A stretch of DNA of 32,000 nt from Vibrio alginolyticus NBRC 15630 = ATCC 17749. Lineage in GTDB: Bacteria; Pseudomonadota; Gammaproteobacteria; Enterobacterales; Vibrionaceae. A program made the translations under genes and the position numbers. Within the stretch, counting starts at the first letter, position 1. The number at the start of each line of letters is the position of its first letter. Positions 17,502 to 26,938 of this stretch are shown one piece after another. The notes beneath the pieces are model-generated. The model saw only the letters and a list, made by a program, of their open reading frames with translations, did not search any database and had not been told where the DNA came from. The DNA is taken from positions 270,001 to 302,000 of the forward strand of contig NC_022349.1 of the NCBI RefSeq assembly GCF_000354175.2. The letters run 5' to 3'.

Positions 17502-18173
17502 ATGTTAAAACTGTCAGACCTATGTAAAGGCTATGTAGACGGGGGAGAGTTTCACCCTGTATTACAAGGGGCAGAATTAACATTGCAGCAAGGCGACCAA
17601 GTTGCTCTGATGGGGGAAAGTGGTTCGGGTAAAAGTACTCTGCTGAATTTAATCGCCGGATTAGATACTGCTGACTCTGGTGAAGTGCAGTTTCCAAATT
17701 TTGCTATGCATGAAGCACCGGAGCATTTAAGAACCCTTTATCGCCGCAACAATATTGGTAATATCTTCCAACAATTCAACCTGCTTCCTACACTTAATAT
17801 TGCCGACAATATTCGTTTTTGTCGTCAGTTAAAAGGTCTGCCGGAAGATAAAGAGTTGTGGCGTCAAATTCTTTCTGCTTTGGACTTAATGCCATTGCTA
17901 GGACGTTATCCGGAAGAGGCGTCTGGTGGTCAGCAACAACGTGCGGCGATTGCTCGTGCACTCTATATGGAACCCAAAATCCTGCTTGCTGATGAGCCAA
18001 CTGGTAGCCTAGATGAGCGAAACGCAGAAGCAGTAATGCGCTTACTAACGAGTCTCGCTCGCCAACTGGAGTGTACTTTGCTGTTAGTGACGCACAGTGA
18101 AAAAGTGGCCGCCCATATGGAAGGAAAGATTCGACTTCAAGGAGGGCAGCTACATGTTATGGCCCGTAGTTAA
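17502..18173 (+). CDS. ABC transporter ATP-binding protein (YbbA/LolD/MacB-NBD type)
   Basis: 223 aa. Walker A GESGSGKST, Q-loop, signature SGGQQQR, Walker B LLADEPTGSLD. Confidence 0.9.
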   Translation: MLKLSDLCKGYVDGGEFHPVLQGAELTLQQGDQVALMGESGSGKSTLLNLIAGLDTADSGEVQFPNFAMHEAPEHLRTLYRRNNIGNIFQQFNLLPTLNIADNIRFCRQLKGLPEDKELWRQILSALDLMPLLGRYPEEASGGQQQRAAIARALYMEPKILLADEPTGSLDERNAEAVMRLLTSLARQLECTLLLVTHSEKVAAHMEGKIRLQGGQLHVMARS

Positions 18174-20607
18174 GGCACTACTCGGTCATTACCGTCGTTA
18201 CCCTCTACAAATTATTCTTGTCTGGCTGGGATTAACTTTAGGCGTGTCCCTCCTTGTTGGTGTTACTTCTATCAACCAGCATGCAAAACAAAGTTATGCC
18301 ACTGGGGAAAAGCTTTTCTCTAATCCTTTGCCATACCGAATCCGAACGAAGCACTCTGCCAATAAAATTCCTCAAGGTTTCTATATTCAGTTACGTCGAG
18401 CTGGGTTTAACCAATGTGCACCGTTTGACGTGCTTCATCTAGATGCCAAGACCGATATGAGCCTGATGTTGGTGGGGATAGATCCTGTCGCGATGATCCC
18501 ACTACAACAAGGAAAATCGCTAGGTGAGATGCCGGTTTTATCACTAATGAAGCCTCCTTATCCTATTCTCGTTAGTCAAGATTTGGCCGCTTACATGGGT
18601 TGGCAAGATGGGGACTTCATTGAGATGAATGACGGAAGCCGTCTTGGGCCTATTCAAGTAGATAAGGACAAGATGCTTTCGGGTACTCGGCTGGTTACTG
18701 ATATATCGTTGTTGCGTATGCTCAAGCGGAGCTCAGGTTTGTCTGCGATTTCTTGTGGTGAAATGCCAGAGGAAAAGCTAATAGCACTGAAAAACATGCT
18801 GCCAAATGGAATGACGCTTGTTAGGAATACGCGTACTGAGCTTGAGTCGCTAACTAACGCATTCCATATGAATCTCACCGCGATGGGAATGCTGTCGTTT
18901 TTGGTTGGGTTGTTTATTTTTTATCAAGCGATGTCTCTGTCTTTCATTCAGCGACAACGTTTGGTCGGTATTTTGAGACAGACTGGTGTTAACGGAACAC
19001 AGTTAGCGCAAGCCTTATTGCTAGAGTTGTCTTTGCTCGTCTTTATTGCGTGGGCGTGTGGTAACTTTTTTGGCTTGATCTTAGCGAATGAACTTATCCC
19101 AGCAGTGTCTTCGAGCCTGAGTGATTTGTATGATGCCAACGTAGGTTTAACCATAGGATGGTCATGGCAATCTAGCTTATATAGCCTAATCATGGCAGCG
19201 ATGGGTGCGTTGATATCGTGTCTGTGGCCATTAATCCGTTTGCTGAAGTCACAACCAATCCGCCTTTCTTCTCGACTGTCGCTAATGCGATTTGCTGGAA
19301 GAGAGTTCTCTTGGCAGGCGCTTGCGGCGTGTGCGTTTTGTGTCGCTGCAATAGCGGTATATCAGGCCCCGAAAACACAAGAAACCGGCTTTGCTATTAT
19401 TGCTCTGATGTTGGTTAGTGTGGCGTTGTTTATGCCATTTATTATGTGGCATATGTTCCAAAGTTTTTCTTATACCATGCGATGGGTTCGTGTCCGTTGG
19501 TTTTTTGCTGATGCAGCAGCGAGCATGAGCTATCGCGGTGTGGCTACGATGGCGTTTATGTTAGCGCTGGCGGCAAACATTGGTGTAGAAACAATGGTCG
19601 GAAGCTTTCGAGATACAACCGATAAGTGGCTAAATCAGCGATTAGCGGCTGATGTGTACATCTATCCGACCAACAATTCAGCCGCTAGGATGAGCGCATG
19701 GCTCCAGAATCAGCCAGAGGTGAACTCGGTTTGGTGGCGCTGGGAAAAAGATATGCCGACCGAGCATGGTGCTCTGCAAGTTGTGAGTACGGGCTCTTCT
19801 GAAGGTGAGTTAGACTCACTTACCGTCAAGTTAGGTGTCCCAAATTACTGGTATCAACTGCACGCTACCAAGAGCTTAATGGTCAGTGAGTCGATGGCCT
19901 TGAAGTTGGATATCCGCCCTGGCGATTTCATTAACTTGCAAGAACCGCTTGGTGGTGATTGGCAAGTCGTAGGCGTTTACTACGATTATGGAAACCCATA
20001 TAACCAGGTGATGATGTCGCACCGGAATTGGCTGTATGCATTTGCAGGTACGGGTAATGTTGGTCTTGGCGTAGTATTAAAAGATAACGTCAATGGAGAA
20101 GGGCTGAAAAATCGCTTAGAGAATGTATTCCGTCTCCCGCAAGATCGTGTGTTTGATAACGGTAATATTTATAGCCAAGCAATGAGAGTGTTTGATCATA
20201 CCTTTGCGATAGCGGGAACCTTGGGCAATATCACGCTGATTATTGCCGTGTTTGGTTTATTCTTTGCGACGTTGGCAGGAGAGCTTTCACGGCAGCGGCA
20301 TTTTTCCTTATTAAGGTGCATGGGTGTGTCCGGAAAAGAACTTGTCGTATTAGGTGGTTTGCAGCTATTCGTCTTCGGAGCCATTTCTGCGATTATTGCA
20401 GTGCCGCTCGGCTTGGCGCTCGCACATTTGATCGTTGATATTATCATTAAGCAATCATTTGGCTGGTCTCTAGAGCTTCAAACGATTCCATGGGAGTATG
20501 CTCAAACCATTGCTTGGGCGATGCTTGCCATTATGGTTGCTGGCGCATTGCCAGTTATTAGAATGATCAAAAGTACACCGATGAAGTCATTAAGGGACGC
20601 GTTGTAA
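18154..20607 (+). CDS. Double-FtsX-domain ABC permease (YbbP-like, MacB-type)
   Basis: The track start (18097) lies inside the ATPase gene. The ATG at 18154 is preceded by GGAGGG (7-nt spacer) and gives MLWPVVKALLGHYRRYPLQ.... The protein is 817 aa, with two FtsX-like 4-TM blocks separated by large extracytoplasmic segments. It overlaps the ATPase gene by 20 nt. Confidence 0.85.
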   Translation: MLWPVVKALLGHYRRYPLQIILVWLGLTLGVSLLVGVTSINQHAKQSYATGEKLFSNPLPYRIRTKHSANKIPQGFYIQLRRAGFNQCAPFDVLHLDAKTDMSLMLVGIDPVAMIPLQQGKSLGEMPVLSLMKPPYPILVSQDLAAYMGWQDGDFIEMNDGSRLGPIQVDKDKMLSGTRLVTDISLLRMLKRSSGLSAISCGEMPEEKLIALKNMLPNGMTLVRNTRTELESLTNAFHMNLTAMGMLSFLVGLFIFYQAMSLSFIQRQRLVGILRQTGVNGTQLAQALLLELSLLVFIAWACGNFFGLILANELIPAVSSSLSDLYDANVGLTIGWSWQSSLYSLIMAAMGALISCLWPLIRLLKSQPIRLSSRLSLMRFAGREFSWQALAACAFCVAAIAVYQAPKTQETGFAIIALMLVSVALFMPFIMWHMFQSFSYTMRWVRVRWFFADAAASMSYRGVATMAFMLALAANIGVETMVGSFRDTTDKWLNQRLAADVYIYPTNNSAARMSAWLQNQPEVNSVWWRWEKDMPTEHGALQVVSTGSSEGELDSLTVKLGVPNYWYQLHATKSLMVSESMALKLDIRPGDFINLQEPLGGDWQVVGVYYDYGNPYNQVMMSHRNWLYAFAGTGNVGLGVVLKDNVNGEGLKNRLENVFRLPQDRVFDNGNIYSQAMRVFDHTFAIAGTLGNITLIIAVFGLFFATLAGELSRQRHFSLLRCMGVSGKELVVLGGLQLFVFGAISAIIAVPLGLALAHLIVDIIIKQSFGWSLELQTIPWEYAQTIAWAMLAIMVAGALPVIRMIKSTPMKSLRDAL

Positions 20608-21731
20608 TGAAAAAAATGGGCTCTAAAAAACGCTTGTTGGTTTCAACGCTCATTGTTGTTACGTTCGCGTTTCTGACTGGGGCTGCTTTTTACTCAACTT
20701 TTTGGTTAGAGGCGACAGCAATACGAGAAAGCGAACTTGATTCTATCTTAACGCGTGAAAATCAAACGATTTTCGAGCCTGTACTACCTAATGAGCATGT
20801 CTCTTTACCCTCAGACTTTCGCTTTCATCCCGAGTATCAGCATGAATGGTGGCACTACTTTGCGAAATTAAAAGATGAGCAAGGCAAGATCTACAATGTT
20901 CAATGGAGCTATTTCAGGGTTGCGACGGACGAGCGAGAAACCAGCGGTTGGCAGAACCCTCAATTGTACATTTCACATGTTGTCGTCAGTCATGGTTCGC
21001 ATGTATGGAAAGAGCAACGGGTAGCTAGAGGCGGGATAGGCCAAGCTGGTATGATCAATCGTCCTTTCAGGTTATGGATTGATAATTGGACTTGGCGATC
21101 ACTCGGTGCGACGCCTTTCCCGGGCAACTTGAATGTGAATACTGATACGTTTGGGCTTGAGCTCAATACCATGACAAGCGGCCCCTTTGTGGTGAATGGA
21201 GACAAAGGTTTCCAAGTTAAACATGCGTTGCAATCTGTTGCTTCTTTCAGCTTCAGTGCTCCATTTTTAAAAGTAAAAGGCAGCTTAAGCTTAAATGGTA
21301 AGCGATTCTCAGTGACGGGTTCTGCATGGGCGCAAAAAGAATGGGGCAGCGGCTTAATTGGTGAGGGGCAACAAGGCTGGGATTGGTTTGTTTTCAATTT
21401 AGATGATGGTCGAGCATTAACTGTTAGCCGTTATCGTCACCATGGGCAAACACCGCACGTGTTTGGCACGTTGTCGACACGCTCAGGTAAAGTCATCAAC
21501 CTCTCAGACGATGATATCAGTATTAAACCAATGCAAGTGACCAGTTTATCCAATGGAAAAAGGTTACCTTTGCAATGGATTATCAATATTCCGAAGCATC
21601 AAATTAATTTGACTACCCGCATTATCAAGTCAGATATGTGGCTACCCTTTGTAATACCTTACTGGGAAGGGCCTACTTTAGCTTCCGGCTCCAATGAGGC
21701 TTGGGGCTTTATGCAGCTGACAGGCTATTGA
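20607..21731 (+). CDS. Membrane-anchored AttH/CrtC-like (hydroxyneurosporene-synthase fold plus lipocalin-like) protein
   Basis: 374 aa. The ATG overlaps the permease stop (TAATG). N-terminal TM anchor. The FRFHPEYQHEWWHYFAKL segment resembles the F-x-F-P-x-D-H-x(n)-EWWY signature of AttH/CrtC-like proteins. Confidence 0.7.
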   Translation: MKKMGSKKRLLVSTLIVVTFAFLTGAAFYSTFWLEATAIRESELDSILTRENQTIFEPVLPNEHVSLPSDFRFHPEYQHEWWHYFAKLKDEQGKIYNVQWSYFRVATDERETSGWQNPQLYISHVVVSHGSHVWKEQRVARGGIGQAGMINRPFRLWIDNWTWRSLGATPFPGNLNVNTDTFGLELNTMTSGPFVVNGDKGFQVKHALQSVASFSFSAPFLKVKGSLSLNGKRFSVTGSAWAQKEWGSGLIGEGQQGWDWFVFNLDDGRALTVSRYRHHGQTPHVFGTLSTRSGKVINLSDDDISIKPMQVTSLSNGKRLPLQWIINIPKHQINLTTRIIKSDMWLPFVIPYWEGPTLASGSNEAWGFMQLTGY

Positions 21732-21740
21732 GTTGTGAAG

Positions 21741-21767
21741 AAAACCACCCCCTACGGGTGGTTTTTT
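21741..21767 (+). terminator. Rho-independent terminator of the ABC/AttH operon
   Basis: AAAACCACCC-CCTAC-GGGTGGTTTTTT, 10 nt after the stop. Confidence 0.85.
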
Positions 21768-22061
21768 AGTGCGCGAAGCTTCCTAGCTTTTTCTCAAAAG
21801 TACGGGGTTATCATGATGGTACAAGCCGTGTTATGCTGATTTTCTCATCATCTTGATAAATATTTGGTGCGACAAGTACAAATACGATCTCCGATCAAAA
21901 TTGAGTGTCATGTTGGAAAATACGATGTATAGTAAACTTAACATCGAAAAAACCGAAGTTTATACTCTGAAGAAGCGATTATTCTAAAGTTTTCGACAGC
22001 TATACACTCTTATCACTCTTTGTTAATCGTTTATTAAGATAATAAATATAAGGACGAAACC

Positions 22062-23213
22062 ATGAACGATGTCATTCGTGACTTTTTCAAAATGGAATCA
22101 GCAGGTGGTATTCTTCTCGTAATTGCAGCGGCAATTGCGATGACCATTGCTAACTCACCGCTGGGCGAAACTTATCAATCTGTACTGCATACTTATGTAT
22201 TCGGTATGTCAGTTTCTCACTGGATTAATGACGGCCTAATGGCTGTTTTCTTCTTACTTATTGGCCTTGAAGTGAAGCGAGAGCTACTTGAAGGAGCGCT
22301 AAAATCAAAAGAAACCGCAATTTTCCCTGCGATTGCAGCGGTTGGTGGTATGTTAGCCCCTGCTCTTATTTACGTTGCGTTTAATGCTAACGACCCAGAG
22401 GCGGTTTCTGGCTGGGCCATTCCAGCTGCGACGGATATTGCATTTGCTCTAGGTATCATGGCGCTACTAGGTAAGCGCGTACCAGTAAGCCTTAAAGTGT
22501 TTTTGTTAGCTCTCGCTATCATCGACGATTTAGGCGTGGTTGTTATTATTGCACTGTTTTACACAGGTGATCTTTCTAGCATGGCGCTGCTTGTTGGCTT
22601 CATCATGACTGGTGTCCTGTTCATGTTGAATGCGAAGGAAGTAACGAAACTGACGCCATACATGATAGTCGGCGCGATCTTATGGTTTGCGGTACTTAAA
22701 TCTGGTGTTCACGCAACACTTGCAGGCGTAGTGATCGGCTTTGCTATTCCTCTTAAGGGTAAACAGGGCGAACATTCCCCACTTAAGCACATGGAGCACG
22801 CACTTCATCCATACGTGGCATTTGGTATCTTACCTCTATTCGCATTTGCAAATGCGGGGATTTCGCTAGAAGGCGTATCGATGTCAGGCCTAACTTCAAT
22901 GCTGCCATTAGGTATTGCTTTGGGGCTACTGGTTGGTAAGCCTCTAGGTATCTTCACCTTTAGTTGGGCAGCTGTGAAAATGGGTGTAGCTAAGTTACCT
23001 GAAGGCATTAACTTCAAGCATATCTTTGCGGTCTCTGTGTTGTGTGGTATCGGTTTTACAATGTCTATATTCATTTCCTCTTTAGCGTTTGGAAATGTAA
23101 GCCCTGAGTTTGATACCTATGCTCGACTAGGTATCTTAATGGGCTCGACGACAGCCGCGTTACTTGGCTACGCGTTACTGCACTTTTCTTTGCCTAAGAA
23201 AGCGCAAGCGTAA
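22062..23213 (+). CDS. nhaA: Na+/H+ antiporter NhaA
   Basis: 383 aa. [19 protein letters not shown]... is the classic NhaA N-terminus. Contains the conserved IIDDLG (DD motif). Confidence 0.95.
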   Translation: MNDVIRDFFKMESAGGILLVIAAAIAMTIANSPLGETYQSVLHTYVFGMSVSHWINDGLMAVFFLLIGLEVKRELLEGALKSKETAIFPAIAAVGGMLAPALIYVAFNANDPEAVSGWAIPAATDIAFALGIMALLGKRVPVSLKVFLLALAIIDDLGVVVIIALFYTGDLSSMALLVGFIMTGVLFMLNAKEVTKLTPYMIVGAILWFAVLKSGVHATLAGVVIGFAIPLKGKQGEHSPLKHMEHALHPYVAFGILPLFAFANAGISLEGVSMSGLTSMLPLGIALGLLVGKPLGIFTFSWAAVKMGVAKLPEGINFKHIFAVSVLCGIGFTMSIFISSLAFGNVSPEFDTYARLGILMGSTTAALLGYALLHFSLPKKAQA

Positions 23214-23230
23214 GATACACACTGTTTAGT

Positions 23231-23257
23231 AAAGCCTCCCATTCGGGAGGCTTTTTT
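23231..23257 (+). terminator. Rho-independent terminator of nhaA
   Basis: AAAGCCTCCC-ATTC-GGGAGGCTTTTTT. Confidence 0.9.
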
Positions 23258-23374
23258 ATGTCTGCAGATTGGCACATCAACCACTTCAGGGTGGTTACTT
23301 TTGTGACCAACTAAGGTCTAGCTTATGGAGTTGGGGCAAATCATCGAAAGAGGCGCTTGGTAAATCTATAGGCG

Positions 23375-23405
23375 AAAAAAAGCCCAGCCTAAAATTTGAC
23401 TGGGC
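23375..23405 (-). terminator. Orphan minus-strand terminator-like hairpin with no annotated gene upstream
   Basis: The minus strand reads GCCCAG-TCAAATTTTAGG-CTGGGC followed by TTTTTTT. The stem is 6 bp and GC-rich, and the loop is 12 nt, so it is of moderate strength. Confidence 0.4.
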
Positions 23406-23830
23406 GGATACAAACATAGGAGTTAATAAGAAAAAAGCAGCAACGTAACAATTAGATGGAAACAAGTTTGACGGCCAGTGAAACTTCAAATGCCCTAACT
23501 GTTACGTATATTCAGACCGAGCCTTTTCCAAACAGTTCCATTTTTTTTCAAAAAATTTCTACTTAATGCTTTCTAGCTTCTTACACATCCGAAAGTAATA
23601 GAAAAATCGAGATGGATTACCAACTTGGCGAAGTTACTAACTTCTGTGTTTCTCATTTTATCTCCCCTAGAACCGAAGATGTATTTCATACTCTCGTCGC
23701 TCACTCCGAGCCGCCAAGGCTATTGTTAGCGTTTCAATTGCGCTGGACTGAGAAATTTGATCTTTTTCTTCTGGCAAGCTTCACTGGAGTATTCGATTGA
23801 ATTTCAAAAGATTAGATCACACCTTTTACT

Positions 23831-23847
23831 GTCTGGTCAGACCAATT
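23831..23847. promoter_or_regulatory. FadR-box candidate upstream of tetR-fadE
   Basis: GTCTGGTCAGACCAATT contains the palindromic core TGGTC-A-GACCA. It matches the E. coli FadR consensus as I recall it (AnCTGGTCnGACCnnTT) at most conserved positions. Confidence 0.55.
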
Positions 23848-23870
23848 GGTTAAAGTGTGATGTTAATCAT

Positions 23871-23899
23871 TTGTTAATCTTAAGTTTCGGGAGTATATT
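23871..23899 (+). promoter_or_regulatory. Sigma70-type promoter candidate for tetR-fadE
   Basis: TTGTTA, a 17-nt spacer, then TATATT. It ends 31 nt upstream of the tetR ATG. It is preceded by a direct repeat of TGTTAATC (23861-23868 and 23872-23879), phased 11 nt apart. Confidence 0.45.
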
Positions 23900-23901
23900 T
23901 T

Positions 23902-23915
23902 CAAACAGTTGTTTA
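23902..23915. promoter_or_regulatory. PsrA-type TetR operator candidate at the predicted transcription start
   Basis: CAAACAGTTGTTTA, that is AAACA-GT-TGTTT, a perfect 5+5 inverted repeat. It fits the C/GAAAC-N2-4-GTTTG/C pattern reported for PsrA-like fatty-acid TetR regulators. Confidence 0.4.
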
Positions 23916-23930
23916 ATACGAGTGATTAAA

Positions 23931-24566
23931 ATGGCCCCGAGAACATCAACAAAAGAAAAAATACTCGATGTCGCAGAAGGACTCTTTGCTGAACATGGCT
24001 TTAATGATACTTCGCTAAGAACGATAACAGGTAAAGCTAACGTTAACTTAGCATCGGTAAACTATCACTTTGGCGATAAAAAAACGCTGGTTAGAGCGGT
24101 TTTAGATAGGTATTTAGAAGCACTAATGCCGAGCATTAAGACTTCATTAATTGAGTTAAACACGCGCGATAGCTACAACATGGACGATGTCTTTGAGTCA
24201 TTGCGATTACCTTTACGTACATTAAATGATGTACGCCCAAATGGTACTGCGCTATTTATGTTGTTAATTGGCCGCGGTTATACAGACGTTCAAGGTCATC
24301 TACGCTGGTTCATTACCACCAGATACGAAGAGGTACTGAACCTTTTCACTTTCTCGATAATGAAAGCGAACCCGGAACTATGTGAAGAACAGTTGTTTTG
24401 GCGACTGCACTTCACGTTAGGAACCTGTGTATTTACGATGGCTTCAAGCCAAGCTCTTTCGGAGCTGGCAGAAAGTAAGTTTGAAAAGGAAGTCGATGTG
24501 AAATCTGTCGTCGATTTACTGATTCCATATTTGTCAGCAGGAATGTCAGCAAAGCAGTTGGCATAA
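23931..24566 (+). CDS. TetR/AcrR-family transcriptional regulator (PsrA-like, fatty-acid degradation context)
   Basis: The track start (23757) is over-extended. The ATG at 23931 gives MAPRTSTKEKILDVAEGLFAEHGFNDTSLRTITGKANVNLASVNYHFGDKKTL, the canonical TetR HTH. The protein is 211 aa. Confidence 0.9.
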   Translation: MAPRTSTKEKILDVAEGLFAEHGFNDTSLRTITGKANVNLASVNYHFGDKKTLVRAVLDRYLEALMPSIKTSLIELNTRDSYNMDDVFESLRLPLRTLNDVRPNGTALFMLLIGRGYTDVQGHLRWFITTRYEEVLNLFTFSIMKANPELCEEQLFWRLHFTLGTCVFTMASSQALSELAESKFEKEVDVKSVVDLLIPYLSAGMSAKQLA

Positions 24567-24637
24567 GACAAATAAGAAAGTTAAACCAATAATAAGATTA
24601 TACCCCGAGCGGTTACGTGAACAAAAGGATCTGAACT

Positions 24638-26920
24638 ATGAGCTCTCTACGAAGAAAATGGATTAGTGACCCGGCTTTTAAAGTGTTCAAAAAAGTATTG
24701 CCACCTCTGTCTAGCACCGAAAAAGAGGCGATGGAAGCGGGTAGTGTATGGTGGGATGCCGAACTATTCTCAGGCAAGCCAAACTTCACAACATTGCATC
24801 ATTATCCAACGCCTACACTGACGGCAGAAGAGCAGTCATTTATGGATAATGAGCTTGAAACCCTGCTAGAAATTCTTGATGACCAGAAGATTGTCAAAGA
24901 AGACAGGGATTTACCGCCTGAAGTATGGGAATACCTACGTAAAGAGCGATTTTTCTCTTTGATCATCTCGAAAGCTTATGGTGGTCGTGAATTTTCCGCT
25001 TTGGCGAACTCAACTATTGTTTCTCGTATTGCGACTCGAAGTATCAGTACCGCGGTATCGGTAATGGTACCGAACTCTCTTGGCCCTGGTGAGCTGCTAT
25101 CGCACTATGGTACGCAAGAGCAAAAAGATTACTGGTTGCCTCGTTTAGCTGATGGTACAGACATCCCTTGTTTCGCCCTAACTGGCCCTGAAGCGGGTTC
25201 TGATGCGGGTGGCATACCTGATCAAGGCGTAGTTTGTTACGGCACCCATGAAGGCAAAGAAGTGCTTGGCGTGCGAGTTAGTTGGAATAAACGCTACATC
25301 ACGCTTGCGCCAGTTGCGACAGTGCTCGGGTTAGCATTTAAACTGCAAGATCCTGAAGGGCTACTTGGAGACAAGAAAGAGGTTGGCATTACATGTGCGT
25401 TGATTCCCGCTGACCATGAAGGTGTCGAGATAGGTGAACGCCATGATCCTCTGGGGTCTGCGTTCATGAATGGTCCAACTCGTGGTGAAGATGTCTTCAT
25501 CCCTATGGACTGGTTGATCGGTGGCGCTGATTACGCAGGTAAAGGTTGGCGTATGCTGGTTGAGTGTCTTTCTGCGGGGCGTGGTATCTCTCTCCCAGCG
25601 CTTGGCACTGCGATTGGTCACCTTACTACACGTACAACAGGTGCTTATGCTTACGTGCGTAAACAGTTTGGAATGTCGATCGGTAAGTTTGAAGGCGTCG
25701 CAGAAGCGATGGGGCGCATTGGTGGTCTTACTTACCTACTAGAAGCGACGCGTACGCTAACGACGACTTCTCTCGATATGAAAGAAAAACCTGGGATTGT
25801 AACCGCGATTGCCAAGTACCACATGACGGAAATCGCGCGTACCATTCTAAATGATTCGTTTGATATCCATGCGGGTCGTGCGATTCAAGATGGCCCAATG
25901 AACTATCTTGCTAAACATTACCTTGGTATCCCGGTTGCTATTACCGTTGAAGGCGCTAATATTCTGACTCGTAACCTGATGATTTTTGGTCAAGGTGCGA
26001 CTCGATGTCACCCATATGTTCTAAAAGAGATGGAAGCCGCGGCGAATCCAGATTCTGAACAAGGTGCGAAAGAATTTGACAACTTACTCTTTAAACACAT
26101 CAAGCACGCGCTCGGTAATACATTCGGTGCATTTGGTGCAGCACTAACTGGTTCTCGATTTGTTAACGCGCACATGAGTGGCCCAACGCAGCAATACTAC
26201 AAAGACATTACTCGTCTCAGTCGTGCACTTGCAGTAAGTGCAGACTTTGCGATGTTAACCTTAGGTGGAGACTTGAAGCGTAAAGAAATGATCTCCGCAC
26301 GTTTGGGTGATGGATTAAGCTATCTATACATGGCATCTGCTGCCTTGAAAAAGTATGAAGATGAAGGCCGTCAACAAGGCGATCTAGACTTCGTTCATTA
26401 CGCTGTTCAACACTGTTTGTATAACGCTTCTAAGTCATTAAATGAGGCTTACACCAACTTCCCTGTGAAATACGTTGGCGGTGTGCTTAAGGGGCTATTG
26501 TTCCCGCTTGGTAATCATTTCAATAAGCCAAGTGATGAGCTGTGTGTGAATTTGGCTGAAGCGATGATGACGCCAGGCGTGCAACGTGATCGCCTCACGC
26601 ATCTGTGCTACATCGGAAAATCAGAGGATGACAGCGTAGGCTTAATGGAGAATGCATTCCTTGCAATGTACGACATTAAACCTTTGGAGCGTAAACTTAT
26701 GAAGGCTGCGAAGGATGGTAAAGTGGCTCGTAAAGGTCTGCTACATGATCGTTTGCAGCAAGCATTTGAAGCAGGCGTGTTAACTGAACAAGAAATTGAT
26801 CAAATCATGGCTGCAGATAAATTGCGCTACAAGGCGATTCAAGTTGACCACTTTAGTCATGACTTTTCTGAAGTGCGAACTCATAGCCCAAAAAAGTCGC
26901 AGTTGAATCCGGCGGCATAA
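24638..26920 (+). CDS. fadE: Acyl-CoA dehydrogenase FadE
   Basis: 760 aa. From about residue 10 it is colinear with E. coli FadE as I remember it (TEKEA..AG..WW..LF.GKP, SLGPGELL.HYGT.EQK, RYITLAP.ATVLGLAFKL, ITVEGANILTR..MIFGQGA.RCHPYVL.EMEAA). It lacks the hydrophobic N-terminal extension of about 55 aa found in the E. coli protein. Confidence 0.9.
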   Translation: MSSLRRKWISDPAFKVFKKVLPPLSSTEKEAMEAGSVWWDAELFSGKPNFTTLHHYPTPTLTAEEQSFMDNELETLLEILDDQKIVKEDRDLPPEVWEYLRKERFFSLIISKAYGGREFSALANSTIVSRIATRSISTAVSVMVPNSLGPGELLSHYGTQEQKDYWLPRLADGTDIPCFALTGPEAGSDAGGIPDQGVVCYGTHEGKEVLGVRVSWNKRYITLAPVATVLGLAFKLQDPEGLLGDKKEVGITCALIPADHEGVEIGERHDPLGSAFMNGPTRGEDVFIPMDWLIGGADYAGKGWRMLVECLSAGRGISLPALGTAIGHLTTRTTGAYAYVRKQFGMSIGKFEGVAEAMGRIGGLTYLLEATRTLTTTSLDMKEKPGIVTAIAKYHMTEIARTILNDSFDIHAGRAIQDGPMNYLAKHYLGIPVAITVEGANILTRNLMIFGQGATRCHPYVLKEMEAAANPDSEQGAKEFDNLLFKHIKHALGNTFGAFGAALTGSRFVNAHMSGPTQQYYKDITRLSRALAVSADFAMLTLGGDLKRKEMISARLGDGLSYLYMASAALKKYEDEGRQQGDLDFVHYAVQHCLYNASKSLNEAYTNFPVKYVGGVLKGLLFPLGNHFNKPSDELCVNLAEAMMTPGVQRDRLTHLCYIGKSEDDSVGLMENAFLAMYDIKPLERKLMKAAKDGKVARKGLLHDRLQQAFEAGVLTEQEIDQIMAADKLRYKAIQVDHFSHDFSEVRTHSPKKSQLNPAA

Positions 26921-26938
26921 TAGACAACTAATGTTAAG

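Noticed and set aside
23290-23330. A Qrr-like or other known Vibrio sRNA near GTGACCAACTAAGGTC.
   Set aside because: It does not match the conserved Qrr core I remember (GGGTCACCTAGCCAACTGACGTTGTT). No sigma54 promoter is evident.
23295-23489. A 64-aa minus-strand ORF with a signal-peptide-like segment.
   Set aside because: It has a TTG start without an RBS, and it reads straight through the terminator-like hairpin and T-run at 23375-23405.
23612-23800. A 62-aa plus-strand ORF in the nhaA-tetR gap.
   Set aside because: Weak RBS and no recognisable family. It runs through the start of the rejected 5' extension of the tracked tetR ORF (23757 onward). It could be noise. I kept only the region-level finding.
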